DNA of 64,000 bases, taken from NCBI RefSeq assembly GCF_000007005.1, contig NC_002754.1. The stretch is one strand, 5' to 3'. Positions within the stretch are counted from its first letter, which is position 1. Each line of letters starts with the position of its first letter. Source of the stretch: Saccharolobus solfataricus P2 (GTDB lineage: Archaea > Thermoproteota > Thermoprotei_A > Sulfolobales > Sulfolobaceae). Positions 10,693 to 21,184 of this stretch are shown here, in pieces. Made by a program: the position numbers and the translations under genes. The notes below the pieces were generated by a model. That model saw only the letters and a program-made list of their open reading frames with translations, searched no databases and had not been told where the DNA came from.

Positions 10693-11144
10693 ACGTAAGT
10701 TCTCTTTCCTTTCTTGTACTTGAAGCCTAACTTCTTGAGGACTGGGCTTAAACTCCTCGGGTTGTACTTTATCCCAAATTCCTTGTCAAGTATATACGCT
10801 ATGAGCTTCAAGGTCCAGAAATCGTAGTTCAAGCCGAAATCTCTTGGGCTCTTTTCTAAGATTCGGACGAGCTTTTCCTCGTCCTTCAGTTTCGTGGGTC
10901 CCTTCCTCGGCTTAGCGCTCAGGTCACCTTTCCTCAACCACTTGTACACGGTAAAGATGGAGACGTCATACTTCTTGGCAACGTCCTTTATACTCATCCC
11001 GTTCCTCACATCTTTTACAGCGTTAATCCTCCTCTCTTCCTCTTGTTTCTTGTTGAGCCTTATACCGTGCATTCTGGATTTCGGCATAACAATTTAGTAT
11101 TACTCATGAAATATAAATCTTGCTCTTTAAAGTCTGACGAAGTA
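10693..11144 (-). mobile_element. ISC1078-like IS630 element, 5' fragment (orfA)
   Basis: ORF 10674..11087 HTH protein with FWTLKLIA; its last residues RVSGM come from the ISC1234 TIR; left end approximate. Confidence 0.7.
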
Positions 11145-11188
11145 TAAGCACATTATCATTGGATCTTTATACGGGAAATTAGAATTTT

Positions 11189-12730
11189 TTACTCATTAGG
11201 TGTGTAATATCCTCCACCGCCCGGAGTTTCTATGATTATCTCATCACCTTTATTTAAAATCGTTGAGAACTTACTGGGCATCTCCTCCTTCCTACCATCA
11301 GCCCTTATTATCGTAACCTTTGCAGGCTTACCGTTTCCACCACCTTTCAAACCCCAAGGTGCAACCCTAAACCTCTCCGCTATGATTGATAACCTAGTCT
11401 TTTCCAGAACCCTAAATGCCCTAATTATACCATCACCTCCCTTGTACTTACCAACTCCGCCACTATTCTCCCTTATTCTATATATGGTGAACATTATTGG
11501 ATAATACCTCTCAGCAATCTCAATTGGAGTATTTAAAGTATTAGTCATATTAACTTGAACAGCTGAGACGCCATCCTTATTTGGCCTTGCCCCAGTGCCT
11601 CCGCCTATAGTCTCATAATAGGCCCAATACTTACCCTTATACATACCACCCATCATTACGTTCATCATAGTACCCGAACCAGCGGCTGGAACGCTGATGA
11701 GGTGAGATAAGGCCTTGAAGGTAACATCGGCAATCCTCTGTGAAGTCTCTACATTCCCACCTCCAACTGCAGCCGGCTTATTGGGATTAACTATAGTACC
11801 CTTAGGTGCATCAACCTTAATTAGACTATAAAAGCCCTCATTTGTAGGTATATCCTTCCCTATTAATGACCTTATGACAAAGCTAACAGCTGAGAACGTA
11901 ACTCCATATACTGCGTTTAAAGGTCCCTCCATCTGGGTATCAGTTCCAGCGAAATTAGCGTAAACGCCATTCTCATCAACCTTTACCTTTAGCCTTATTT
12001 TCTTTAATTCATCACCTATTTCTAAATAATCCTCATCTTCACCAATACCATTACCCCATTTTGAAATTTCGGATAACGCCAACTTCTTTCCGTACTCCAT
12101 AGAGGTCTTCCACGCGTTAAGGACGTTATCGTAACCGTACTTATCAAACATCTGCTTAATCCTAGCTATACCATTAAGGTTTGCTGAAATCTGTGCATTC
12201 AAATCACCTATTGATACTTCGGGTACCTTGAAGTTATGCTTAATTATATTAATAATCTCATTGTTTATTTCTCCTTTCCTCATCAACCTCACTGGGGGTA
12301 TTACGAAGCCCTCTTCGTAGATTGTAGTTGCATATGGATTTAGACTACCTGGCATCGGCCCACCCACATCAACCTGATGTGCCTTATTTACAACATATCC
12401 CATTAGATTGCCATTATAGTAAACCGGGGCTAGAACCATTACGTCATTTAGGTGAGTACCGGATGTGTAAGGATCATTTAAAACAATCATGTCCCCCTCT
12501 TCTAGTTCTTCTATCTGGTTCAGCGTGTTTTTAACCCCAATGCTAAAAGAACCTAGGTGAACAGGTATGTGTTCAGCTTGGGCTATAATATTACCCTCAG
12601 CGTCTGTTATTGCACAGCTATGATCCATCCTCTCCCTAATATTCGGTGACATAGCTGACCTCTTTAGCATGACGCCCATTTCCTCTGCAATGAACTCAGA
12701 GGCTTTGTAAATTATTTCCCAACTTGTCAT
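11189..12730 (-). CDS. hyuB: Hydantoinase B / 5-oxoprolinase subunit B
   Basis: [42 protein letters not shown] motifs. Confidence 0.92.
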   Translation of the reverse strand: MTSWEIIYKASEFIAEEMGVMLKRSAMSPNIRERMDHSCAITDAEGNIIAQAEHIPVHLGSFSIGVKNTLNQIEELEEGDMIVLNDPYTSGTHLNDVMVLAPVYYNGNLMGYVVNKAHQVDVGGPMPGSLNPYATTIYEEGFVIPPVRLMRKGEINNEIINIIKHNFKVPEVSIGDLNAQISANLNGIARIKQMFDKYGYDNVLNAWKTSMEYGKKLALSEISKWGNGIGEDEDYLEIGDELKKIRLKVKVDENGVYANFAGTDTQMEGPLNAVYGVTFSAVSFVIRSLIGKDIPTNEGFYSLIKVDAPKGTIVNPNKPAAVGGGNVETSQRIADVTFKALSHLISVPAAGSGTMMNVMMGGMYKGKYWAYYETIGGGTGARPNKDGVSAVQVNMTNTLNTPIEIAERYYPIMFTIYRIRENSGGVGKYKGGDGIIRAFRVLEKTRLSIIAERFRVAPWGLKGGGNGKPAKVTIIRADGRKEEMPSKFSTILNKGDEIIIETPGGGGYYTPNE

Positions 12731-14679
12731 TCTCTCACCAATACTATTGAATCATCTATAATTGCATTCCAACCATCCTTTATAACTGTAGTCGAACTAT
12801 ATTCCTCAATTATTGCTGGCCCCCCTATTCTAAAACCTTTAGGCAACTTCTCCCTAACATAGACATCTACATTTACCCAATCGTCGTCAATTACTACCTT
12901 TCTAACTTCTCTTGGCTTATCATAATTTCCAAAAGCTACCTTTATTTTAGGTAGTGGTCTCTTCTTGATAGCGAAAACTCTTATTGTAACAACCTCTATC
13001 TCCCTATCTTTCATCACGAAACCATAAGTGGCTAGGTGTTTCTCCTCAAATACTTTCCTAATCTCATTAACGTTATTTACCGGAATTGTTAACTCCCATC
13101 CTTGCCCCTCATACCTCACATCTGCAAGTCTCAAGAAGTAATCGACGTTTCCCTTTAACTTCTCGTATAGCTCCTTTTCCAATTGTTCAAATTCACTCCC
13201 TAAGTCTTTAGGATATGATTTCCTAACTTCAAAACGCCAATCAGCAAGTAATAGTCCTAATGCACTGAATAAGCCTGGATGAGGTGGTATTATAACCTTA
13301 CCTATTCCTACCTCCTCAGCCAAGTATACTGCGTGTTGTGGACCAGCACCTCCAAAGGCTATTAAGGAGAAGTTCGATGGATCTAATCCCCTCTCCACCG
13401 TGACTAATCTTATTGCCCTAGCCATCTCCAGATTTACCAATCCTAAGGCGTTCTTACTTACCTCATATGGATCACCCAACTTACTCATCCCCCTTATTGC
13501 GCTCTCTTTATCTAACTTTAGATTACCACCAATAAGCTCTGTCCCCAATCTTCCTAAAATCAAGTTTGCATCAGCTATGGTAGGCCTATTTCCTCCCTTT
13601 CCGTAGGAAATCGGCCCGGGATCTGCACCGGCACTTATAGGCCCGACTTTTAAGGCATTAGCCTCGTCCCTCCATATTATTGTACCTCCACCAGCAGACA
13701 CCTCTGCTAAATCAACAAATGGGAACCTTACTGGATACCCACTACCCTTAACTATCCTTCCGTAATGTACTTCTCCTCCAACTTCATACTCAGTGGTCAT
13801 TTCAAAATTACCATTAATTATAACACCTGCCTTAGCGGTGGTACCTCCCATATCGAAGCTTATTAAACTCTCATTAGGCAAAAAGCTAGCTGAAGCTATT
13901 ACACCAGCTGCTGGCCCGGATTCAATTAACTGTACCGGCTTCTCAGATGCTTCTTTAATATCTACCAATCCTCCAGAACTTGACATAATGTAGAAGTTCT
14001 CGGTTGGTAAAGAGACTTGTAACCTCTCAAGGTACGCAGATACTATTGGCATTAGCACTGCGTTAACTACTGCAGTGGAAGTCCTTTCGTATTCTCTAGG
14101 TTCTGGTGCTATTTTTGAGGAGATTGAGATGTATTTGAAATACTTCTTTAACACGTTTTCAGTAATTAGTTCATTTTTTGGATTCAAGTAAGAGTGCAGA
14201 TAACTTACAGCAATTGATATTACATTTTCGTCTAAAAGCTTTTTAGCAACCCTCTCTATCTCATCTTGATCTACCTCCTTTATCATATTTCCTTCAGCGT
14301 TGATCCTCTCGTCAATCTCAAATCTCAAACTTCTAAGTACCAGCTGTCTTGGCTTTTCAAAATATAAATCATAAAGTCTAGGCCTATTCTGCCTACCTAT
14401 TTCGATAATATCCCTAAATCCCTTCGTAACGAGTAAGGCTGTTTTTGGAATTGTTAAGTTCTCCTGCCCTAACAACGTATTCGTCGCTAGGGTCGTGGCG
14501 TGAGCTATCTCACTTACGTTGCAGTTTAAAGTGCTTATTACATCCTTAATGACTTGTCCAGGGTCCTTAGGGTTAGTTAGGATTTTTATTGTCTTAATTT
14601 CCCCATCGCTGGCTAGGACTATGAAATCAGTGAACGTCCCGCCTATATCTATTGCCACTTTACACTCCATATTCATCAA
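12727..14679 (-). CDS. hyuA: Hydantoinase A / 5-oxoprolinase subunit A (ATP-binding)
   Basis: [38 protein letters not shown] motifs; 4-bp overlap with hyuB. Confidence 0.92.
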   Translation of the reverse strand: MMNMECKVAIDIGGTFTDFIVLASDGEIKTIKILTNPKDPGQVIKDVISTLNCNVSEIAHATTLATNTLLGQENLTIPKTALLVTKGFRDIIEIGRQNRPRLYDLYFEKPRQLVLRSLRFEIDERINAEGNMIKEVDQDEIERVAKKLLDENVISIAVSYLHSYLNPKNELITENVLKKYFKYISISSKIAPEPREYERTSTAVVNAVLMPIVSAYLERLQVSLPTENFYIMSSSGGLVDIKEASEKPVQLIESGPAAGVIASASFLPNESLISFDMGGTTAKAGVIINGNFEMTTEYEVGGEVHYGRIVKGSGYPVRFPFVDLAEVSAGGGTIIWRDEANALKVGPISAGADPGPISYGKGGNRPTIADANLILGRLGTELIGGNLKLDKESAIRGMSKLGDPYEVSKNALGLVNLEMARAIRLVTVERGLDPSNFSLIAFGGAGPQHAVYLAEEVGIGKVIIPPHPGLFSALGLLLADWRFEVRKSYPKDLGSEFEQLEKELYEKLKGNVDYFLRLADVRYEGQGWELTIPVNNVNEIRKVFEEKHLATYGFVMKDREIEVVTIRVFAIKKRPLPKIKVAFGNYDKPREVRKVVIDDDWVNVDVYVREKLPKGFRIGGPAIIEEYSSTTVIKDGWNAIIDDSIVLVRE

Positions 14680-15011
14680 CCCTTTGTTCTGGGTACAAAT
14701 GGTTTATCCTCAAAAACTACTTCCCCGTTTATTAATCTAGCTCTTATTAGTTTGCAATTAGGTGTACGAGGTGTTTTGGATTTCGGTGGTTCTATAAGTT
14801 CACCCGTTATGAGTGAGAAGACTGCATTATAGAATGGACAAACTATATTATCCAAGTTAATTTTATATCCTTCAGCGGTTATTGGTCTTTGCTTATGTGG
14901 GCACCCAGCGAGGTAAGTGTACTCTTTTCCATCTTTTTCGTAAATCATTATTGGATAGCCATTGATTTCGATTACCTTTAACATGATATAAAAAAATATA
15001 TACGTTTTCAT
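14676..15011 (-). CDS. Rieske-ferredoxin-like small protein (second His replaced by Tyr)
   Basis: CPHK...[14 protein letters not shown]; 4-bp overlap with hyuA; true start may be a downstream Met. Confidence 0.7.
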   Translation of the reverse strand: MKTYIFFYIMLKVIEINGYPIMIYEKDGKEYTYLAGCPHKQRPITAEGYKINLDNIVCPFYNAVFSLITGELIEPPKSKTPRTPNCKLIRARLINGEVVFEDKPFVPRTKG

Positions 15012-15353
15012 TTAAAAGATCAGCACTTAAAGGACTCGTCACAGCTCAGCTTGGGGAGTTCTCTTCACTAAACGATATTATTAGACTGACTTTTAAGAGT
15101 TAACCGTAAAAATGGTTGGTGGACTTGTTGAATTTTAATAAAGAGTTAAGAGGTATCAATGACATAAATTGAACATCTTTACATTAATTGAAAGGAAGAT
15201 AATATAGTAGTTTAGTGTAAAATTCATTCAACAGATAGCTAAGCACTGTAAAAAAGAATTATCAAATGTACCTTATTGCAGAAAAATATGAATAAATGAT
15301 TAACTTGATAATGCTTATAGTAATATAATAAAAAAGATATATTTACTTATGCC

Positions 15354-16670
15354 TTAATATTCCTGCTTCAGTATTTCTTCTCCTTCATAAATTCTTCCTT
15401 TAGTCTCTTTAAGAAGTAATGCAAGTATCAGAACTACTATACCAGTGAGTATTGTAAAGTAAACCGGAGAGAATATGTTACTAGTTGCACTAACTAAATA
15501 GGTCAAGATAAATGGTGTAAGACCTCCTATAAATCCAACTCCTACCTGATACGAAAATGATATCGCTGTATATCTAACCATCGGTGGAAACGATTCAACA
15601 AGAAATGCAGGCGTTATTGCACCTGCAAAGTAGTATATTAATAGTCCACCAAGAAATATAGCACCGATTACTGCTGATTCATTACCTTGAAGTAATAGAT
15701 AATAGTAAGGATACGCCAGTCCTATTCCCATTATGGAATTTATTATTATTTGCGTCCTTCTTCCTATAATGTCGGACAGATATCCAAAAAATATTGAGGC
15801 AAAGATGCCTATTGCCGATACTAAAAATATAGCAAAGTCTATTGTTTGAAGAGAGACATGAGGCATATTAAAGCGTTGGGCAATAGTTGTAGCGTAACCT
15901 ACAGAATATGCGAAATTTGTATAATACCAAGCCCCATTAATGATTCCCACTATAAATAAGTTTGCGAGTATTAACTTCCAGTATTTTCTAAACGCTTCAG
16001 AGATTGGATTTTTCAATATTTTTCGATCTTCCCTCAACTTCCTAAATACTGGTGAATCTTCTATTCTTAGCCTTATTAGTAATCCCACTATTGCAATGAG
16101 TAGTCCAGAATAGAACAATATTCTCCATCCAAAGTTATCGAAGCCAGTTTGCCCCATTATTATAATTATAACAAATATTATACCAGTCGCTAGCAAGTTG
16201 GCAATAGATACTGTAGCTTGAAGAATACCTGAATATAACCCCCTCCGACCTGGATTTACGTATTCAGATGTTAATGAAAACGCACCACCCCACTCTCCGC
16301 CTAAGGCCACACCAGTAAGGAACCTTAGTATGGCGAGCAAGATTGGCGCTAATAGACCTATTTGATAATATGTTGGTAAGAGTCCAACAAAAAATACGCT
16401 AAGTCCAGTAAGTAAAATCGTAAAGACTAATGAATACTTTCTTCCTACTTTGTCTCCTAAATATCCAAATACTATACCACCTAATGGTCTACCTAAAAAC
16501 CCTATAAAGAAGGTTAAATAGAAGGCTAACAGTGAAGCTATTGGATTAGATGACGGAAAGAATAATTTTGAAACAACAGTCGCCACGAATGTATAAATAA
16601 AGAAATCATACCATTCTAGTGCCATTCCGAAACTTGAGGCGATTATAGCCTTAGTTTTCTCTGAGACCAT
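15354..16670 (-). CDS. MFS transporter (metabolite:H+ symporter type)
   Basis: LEWYDF, GRPLGGIVFGYLGDKVGRK, GGEWGGA, IEDSPVF; about 12 hydrophobic segments. Confidence 0.92.
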   Translation of the reverse strand: MVSEKTKAIIASSFGMALEWYDFFIYTFVATVVSKLFFPSSNPIASLLAFYLTFFIGFLGRPLGGIVFGYLGDKVGRKYSLVFTILLTGLSVFFVGLLPTYYQIGLLAPILLAILRFLTGVALGGEWGGAFSLTSEYVNPGRRGLYSGILQATVSIANLLATGIIFVIIIIMGQTGFDNFGWRILFYSGLLIAIVGLLIRLRIEDSPVFRKLREDRKILKNPISEAFRKYWKLILANLFIVGIINGAWYYTNFAYSVGYATTIAQRFNMPHVSLQTIDFAIFLVSAIGIFASIFFGYLSDIIGRRTQIIINSIMGIGLAYPYYYLLLQGNESAVIGAIFLGGLLIYYFAGAITPAFLVESFPPMVRYTAISFSYQVGVGFIGGLTPFILTYLVSATSNIFSPVYFTILTGIVVLILALLLKETKGRIYEGEEILKQEY

Positions 16671-16870
16671 TTTACCACAATTATAAGTAGCACCTCAATA
16701 TATATATATTTAAAAGGGATAGAGTACATATCTAGCACAACATACTTATGTGAACTACTCCGCTCTCACCGGTAGACGCAAAGTCACTCCTTAAAAATAA
16801 ATCTATAGTATTACCAAGCGTTTTTGTCTACTTCAATTAAATAATCCTCTATGCTGGATACATTATTAGA

Positions 16871-17054
16871 TAGCATTTATAGGAAAATCGTTACACTTTT
16901 ACGTTACGTTAAAAATATATAATAAATCTTTCCTGGTTAGATGAAAAATGTTTATTGATAAGCTATAATATTAAGAAGTACAATGAAAGATATTTATAAA
17001 TACATGGATAAATATTTTGACTTTTTATGATAAGGGAATTTCCTAAAACTACTA
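16871..17054 (+). mobile_element. SM2-type MITE copy 1 (184 bp)
   Basis: Ends TAGCATTTATAGGAAA / TTTCCTAAAACTACTA; flanks ATTAGA / ATCAGA; near-identical to the reverse complement of 19714-19897. Confidence 0.85.
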
Positions 17055-17084
17055 ATCAGAAATCAAAGAATAAAAAAGTCTGAA

Positions 17085-17620
17085 ATCCTCTCCCTTCGCG
17101 TTTGAACAAAGGGAAAAGGGAATAGTGAAACATTACCAACAAGAAGACTAACGTGCTAAACGGAAACTTAGTTGAACCAGCGAACAAGAGAAAGGACTTA
17201 GCATTCCTATAGGAAGTCTCTATAGGATTCCTTACCTTATCGTAAAGCCTAATCCTTGGGTAGATCGGGGTTTATAGCCTTAGTGATGTACTCAACTTTC
17301 GTCATCTTCTCCTTACCTTGAACGATAAATTTGAACTTGCTTATTCATGCTGCGCTTCTTGCAATTAGTAATGTATTTTCCGTCAAATTTCTCGTAGATT
17401 TTAACATCACCAACTGGTACTGAAAACGTATTTGAACACTGATGTTCTGTACCACTTGGTTGTGGTCCAGTCTATTGGTTTCTTTCACTCCCATTAGTGT
17501 TTCCAGTGCTATTTGTTTCACATGTTCCAAGAGTTTTTCTATAACTTCCCCTTTCTATAGGTAGTTTCTCTCTGTTCGTGGCGATATACGTTACTGTTTC
17601 CAGAAATTTGTTATACTTTA
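17085..17620 (-). pseudogene. Degenerate ISH3-family (ISC1225/ISC1200-like) transposase
   Basis: Broken frames give EVIEKLLEHVKQIALETL and KVRNPIETSYRNAKSFLLFAGSTKF; boundaries approximate. Confidence 0.65.
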
Positions 17621-18188
17621 TAATTCATTAATAAGTTTCTTATAAATAGTGATAACAAGGAATCAATTAATCAAGTTGATAAGCTTTATGTATTCATTAA
17701 GGCCAATACAATGGAATTATTTTCAATAATATTTTATAAAATAATACTAGACTATAGACTTACTGGAAGTAGTAGTTTTTGTCTTGTTTTCTATTGGTCA
17801 ATAAGGTTGAGACGAGCACTTTGGCTACTTTTTCTTTGTAGTTTATCATAGAAGCTAATTTATGTCCTATTTGATAAATGCTGTTTTGATGAGGAAAACT
17901 TTGTATTATCATCTCGGTTTCACACGCAGTAATATGGTTTTCCTCACCTTAAATCTTTTTTCAATTTATCAACTTCATCGCAGTGTAATTAGTTCCGTTA
18001 TCTTCTAAAATCTAATATTAAATGAGTAATGTTATTTTTGTAAGGTGTTTTGAATCCACCGTCACAGAGGGGGACTTTCACTCCTTAAGCCCCATGAAGT
18101 TAACTATTATTAATCTTCAATTTCTTATCCTTATATACCCCCTTTATCTGTTGAGTATCATTGCGACTTAATTTTCCTTTTAAGTTTT

Positions 18189-18917
18189 TTAAGTTATTTC
18201 GAATAAGTGTCCTAGCTCTCTTACTTTAATATTAAGGTTTATTTTATATAGCGTTTCCCATAATGTAGCACTATTGCTACTTATTACTGGCTTCTTAGTT
18301 TCCTTTTCTAATCTAGAGAGAATCTCGAATGTTCTAAGGTTTGTGCAAGAGATAAAGACACCGTCATAGTCCCCTTTAACGTTTCTTAATACGTTAACTG
18401 CGAAATTATATACTTCTTCAGGTGTTACTTGACCTATTTTAATATTTTCACGTATTCCCATCCCTGCGCTCTTAACTATTTCAAAACCGTTCTTAGAGAA
18501 GAACTCTATCTCCTTTTTGTTAACCTCTTCTATGTAAGGCGTAAGTAGAACTAATCTTTTAATGTCTAGTCTCCTCAATGCATTTATTACAGATCCAGAG
18601 GTGGCTGTAGCAGGGACTTTCGCAATTTTCTCGATTCTTTGAATTATTTCCTCATGATGTTTAGGTCCTTTAAATAAGCTACCAGTGGTACATGCATAAG
18701 AAATAATTTGGGGCAAGATCGTTGATAATTCACTAGCAGCCCTTTCCGTTTCCCTTTCCATTTCTGCTAAATCCTCTATCGTAACATTTCTCAACTTTAT
18801 CCTTGAAAAATGTGGGGTAATTCTATACTCCTTAATTTGATTAAATACATTACTAAATTCATATTCTACAGTAGTATTAGAAGAAGGAATTATTACTCCT
18901 ACTTTTATCCATTCCAT
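18189..18917 (-). CDS. Maleate cis-trans isomerase / Asp-Glu racemase family protein
   Basis: GVIIPSSNTTVE, YACTTG and FISCTNL (catalytic Cys pair), PVISSNSA. Confidence 0.88.
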   Translation of the reverse strand: MEWIKVGVIIPSSNTTVEYEFSNVFNQIKEYRITPHFSRIKLRNVTIEDLAEMERETERAASELSTILPQIISYACTTGSLFKGPKHHEEIIQRIEKIAKVPATATSGSVINALRRLDIKRLVLLTPYIEEVNKKEIEFFSKNGFEIVKSAGMGIRENIKIGQVTPEEVYNFAVNVLRNVKGDYDGVFISCTNLRTFEILSRLEKETKKPVISSNSATLWETLYKINLNIKVRELGHLFEIT

Positions 18918-18975
18918 ATTAGTCTCTAAATTTGGTGTAATATAAACTTTTTACCTCGGGACTAATAATTTTCGT

Positions 18976-19683
18976 ATGAATTGGAAGATCTTAGTTAATG
19001 GAGTGCCAATCTATACTAGTTTGGGTTTCGTAGGCTTTTGTAATATCGTATTGATGGACATTGACGATAAATATTTGATTTATGACCCGGGGCACTTTGG
19101 AAATAGGGAAGTCTTGTTAAAAGCATTAAAGGACAGTGGATTATCCCCATTAGACATTGATGGGGTTATACTATCACATATGCACTATGATCATTCTCTT
19201 AACTCACTATTATTTCCGAACGCCAAAGTTTACACTACTAGGGAGGAGGTTGAATACACAAAAAACACTCCAGATAATTATTCAGTTACTTACCTACCAG
19301 ATCTTTTAAGGGAGAGAATAGTTCTAGTAAAGAATAATGAACAACTAGATGGTCTGAAGTTTATTCTATTGCCTGGTCATACAGGTGGAAGTTTGGGTGT
19401 AATGTATAAGGACACCATTTTCGTTGGAGATGCCATTAAATACATTATTGACGCAAAAAATGGTGAAACGTCATTTGCGTATTACGATATTACAGAAGCT
19501 AATAAGAGCATTAGAAAAGTATTAAAACTTGCCAATAAAGTAGTACCTGGTCATGATGCTCCATTTACTATAGTAAGAGATTCCAATAAGATAGAGATCA
19601 TTCCAGATTCGGATCTGATTAACAAGGAATTTACCGTATACACCAGAAGTGACGAACCTAAAATACTCATTAGAAGAGTCTAA
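18976..19683 (+). CDS. Metallo-beta-lactamase-fold hydrolase
   Basis: SHMHYDH, PGHT, GDA, PGHD motifs. Confidence 0.88.
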   Translation: MNWKILVNGVPIYTSLGFVGFCNIVLMDIDDKYLIYDPGHFGNREVLLKALKDSGLSPLDIDGVILSHMHYDHSLNSLLFPNAKVYTTREEVEYTKNTPDNYSVTYLPDLLRERIVLVKNNEQLDGLKFILLPGHTGGSLGVMYKDTIFVGDAIKYIIDAKNGETSFAYYDITEANKSIRKVLKLANKVVPGHDAPFTIVRDSNKIEIIPDSDLINKEFTVYTRSDEPKILIRRV

Positions 19684-19713
19684 TTCAGTTAAAACTTTTA
19701 CAGCAAAATCGAG

Positions 19714-19897
19714 TAGTAGTTTTAGGAAATTCCCTTATCATAAAAAGTCAAAATATTTATCCATGTATTTATAAATATCTTTCATTGTACTTCTTAATAT
19801 TATAGCTTATCAATAAGCATTTCTCATCTAACCAGGAAAGATTTATTATATATTTTTAATGTAACGTAAAAGTGTAACGATTTTCCTATAAATGCTA
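19714..19897 (-). mobile_element. SM2-type MITE copy 2 (184 bp)
   Basis: Perfect 6-bp TSD ATCGAG (19708-19713, 19898-19903); inverted relative to copy 1. Confidence 0.88.
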
Positions 19898-20212
19898 ATC
19901 GAGTTATAGAAGTTCATGAATAATATTTATTGTTAAGGAGCGATTCGGGTTTGCTTTACGATTTCAATTTATTTCTATAGAATCCTTTAGAATAATTGAT
20001 TCTACATTTCAAAGACTAATAAGGGACAAGCGTGAAGGAATATCGTGTTAATAGTACCAATAGAACAAACCATTATGCTCTCCCTAATATACTTCTTAAA
20101 GACGCATTATAAAACATATGTACACAATAATTTCTTCATTTAATTACCCTTAATCAGATGAGATATTACCATTTGTAAAGGAAACTTGAATATTCTTTAA
20201 AATATAAACACA

Positions 20213-21079
20213 CTAACTTGATTTGTAAATCTTTATTGGATTTTCTAATCTACCTATCTTCTCGACTTCAGCTACCATTAGTGCGCTTTCAATTGGCTTT
20301 AGGTTAAACTCAGAAGCGTCAGAAACGTTAGTATAACCAATGCTTCCAGTAGATATTACACTAAACGGGGGAATTGTAACTATTTTTGATAGCTCTGATA
20401 GTATTTCCTCTATAGAGAATATAAATTCACTTGAATACCCATCTTGTACTAATTCACCATTGTAATAACTTCTCATCCTTAAGGAGTTAACATCGCCTAT
20501 CTCTTCCTCGGTGACAATATAAGGTCCTATTGGAGCAAAGGTATCCCTAACCTTATTCCTAAAATGAGTACCCCTCATTAATAGCTTCTTAACATTACCA
20601 TCTGTAGGATCTCTTCGCATAGCGTAATACGAGTCTTCCTTTAGACCGGGAGGATAAGTTATATCATTAAATACCGTATATCCTAGGATATATTTCTTAA
20701 CATCGCTTCTGCTCACGTCTTTCATTTTGAATCTGGTTATAACTCCAATTTCCACCTCGGGTCTTATGGCATCCGGGGGAGATATAATAGGCTGTCTATG
20801 AGCTATTGCCACAGTGGGGAGTTTTATGAAAAATTTCGGACTTTTCACCATTTCCTTAGCTTCATTTTTGTCATTAACCCCGACCATTTTAGGCGAATTC
20901 ACTAATGTGCATATTATTGCTGACGGCTGTATCGGAATATCCACATTTATTTCGTCTAATCTATAGGAATTTCCTCTTTCCTCCTCCTTACCAATTTCAG
21001 AAATCTCATATACATAGTTTCCTTCAACTACGCCTATCTTCCTAAGGTTACCAACGTAAAATGAAACATATCTAACCAT
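20213..21079 (-). CDS. Fumarylacetoacetate hydrolase family protein
   Basis: [21 protein letters not shown][10 protein letters not shown], ISTGS motifs. Confidence 0.88.
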   Translation of the reverse strand: MVRYVSFYVGNLRKIGVVEGNYVYEISEIGKEEERGNSYRLDEINVDIPIQPSAIICTLVNSPKMVGVNDKNEAKEMVKSPKFFIKLPTVAIAHRQPIISPPDAIRPEVEIGVITRFKMKDVSRSDVKKYILGYTVFNDITYPPGLKEDSYYAMRRDPTDGNVKKLLMRGTHFRNKVRDTFAPIGPYIVTEEEIGDVNSLRMRSYYNGELVQDGYSSEFIFSIEEILSELSKIVTIPPFSVISTGSIGYTNVSDASEFNLKPIESALMVAEVEKIGRLENPIKIYKSS

Positions 21080-21184
21080 AGTATAGTCTAATTCTAGTAG
21101 AGGTAGATATGTGTTTAATCAAACTAGTTTTATCGCACTAGTTTTAGGAAAAACTATTAAGCAGTAAACCATAATTTTCTACCA

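Noticed and set aside
15037-18081. Shared CGTCACAG...GGGGA...TTCAC motif at 15037-15068 and 18060-18081
   Set aside because: Short, differently spaced and without defined ends; may be IS605-end relics or chance.
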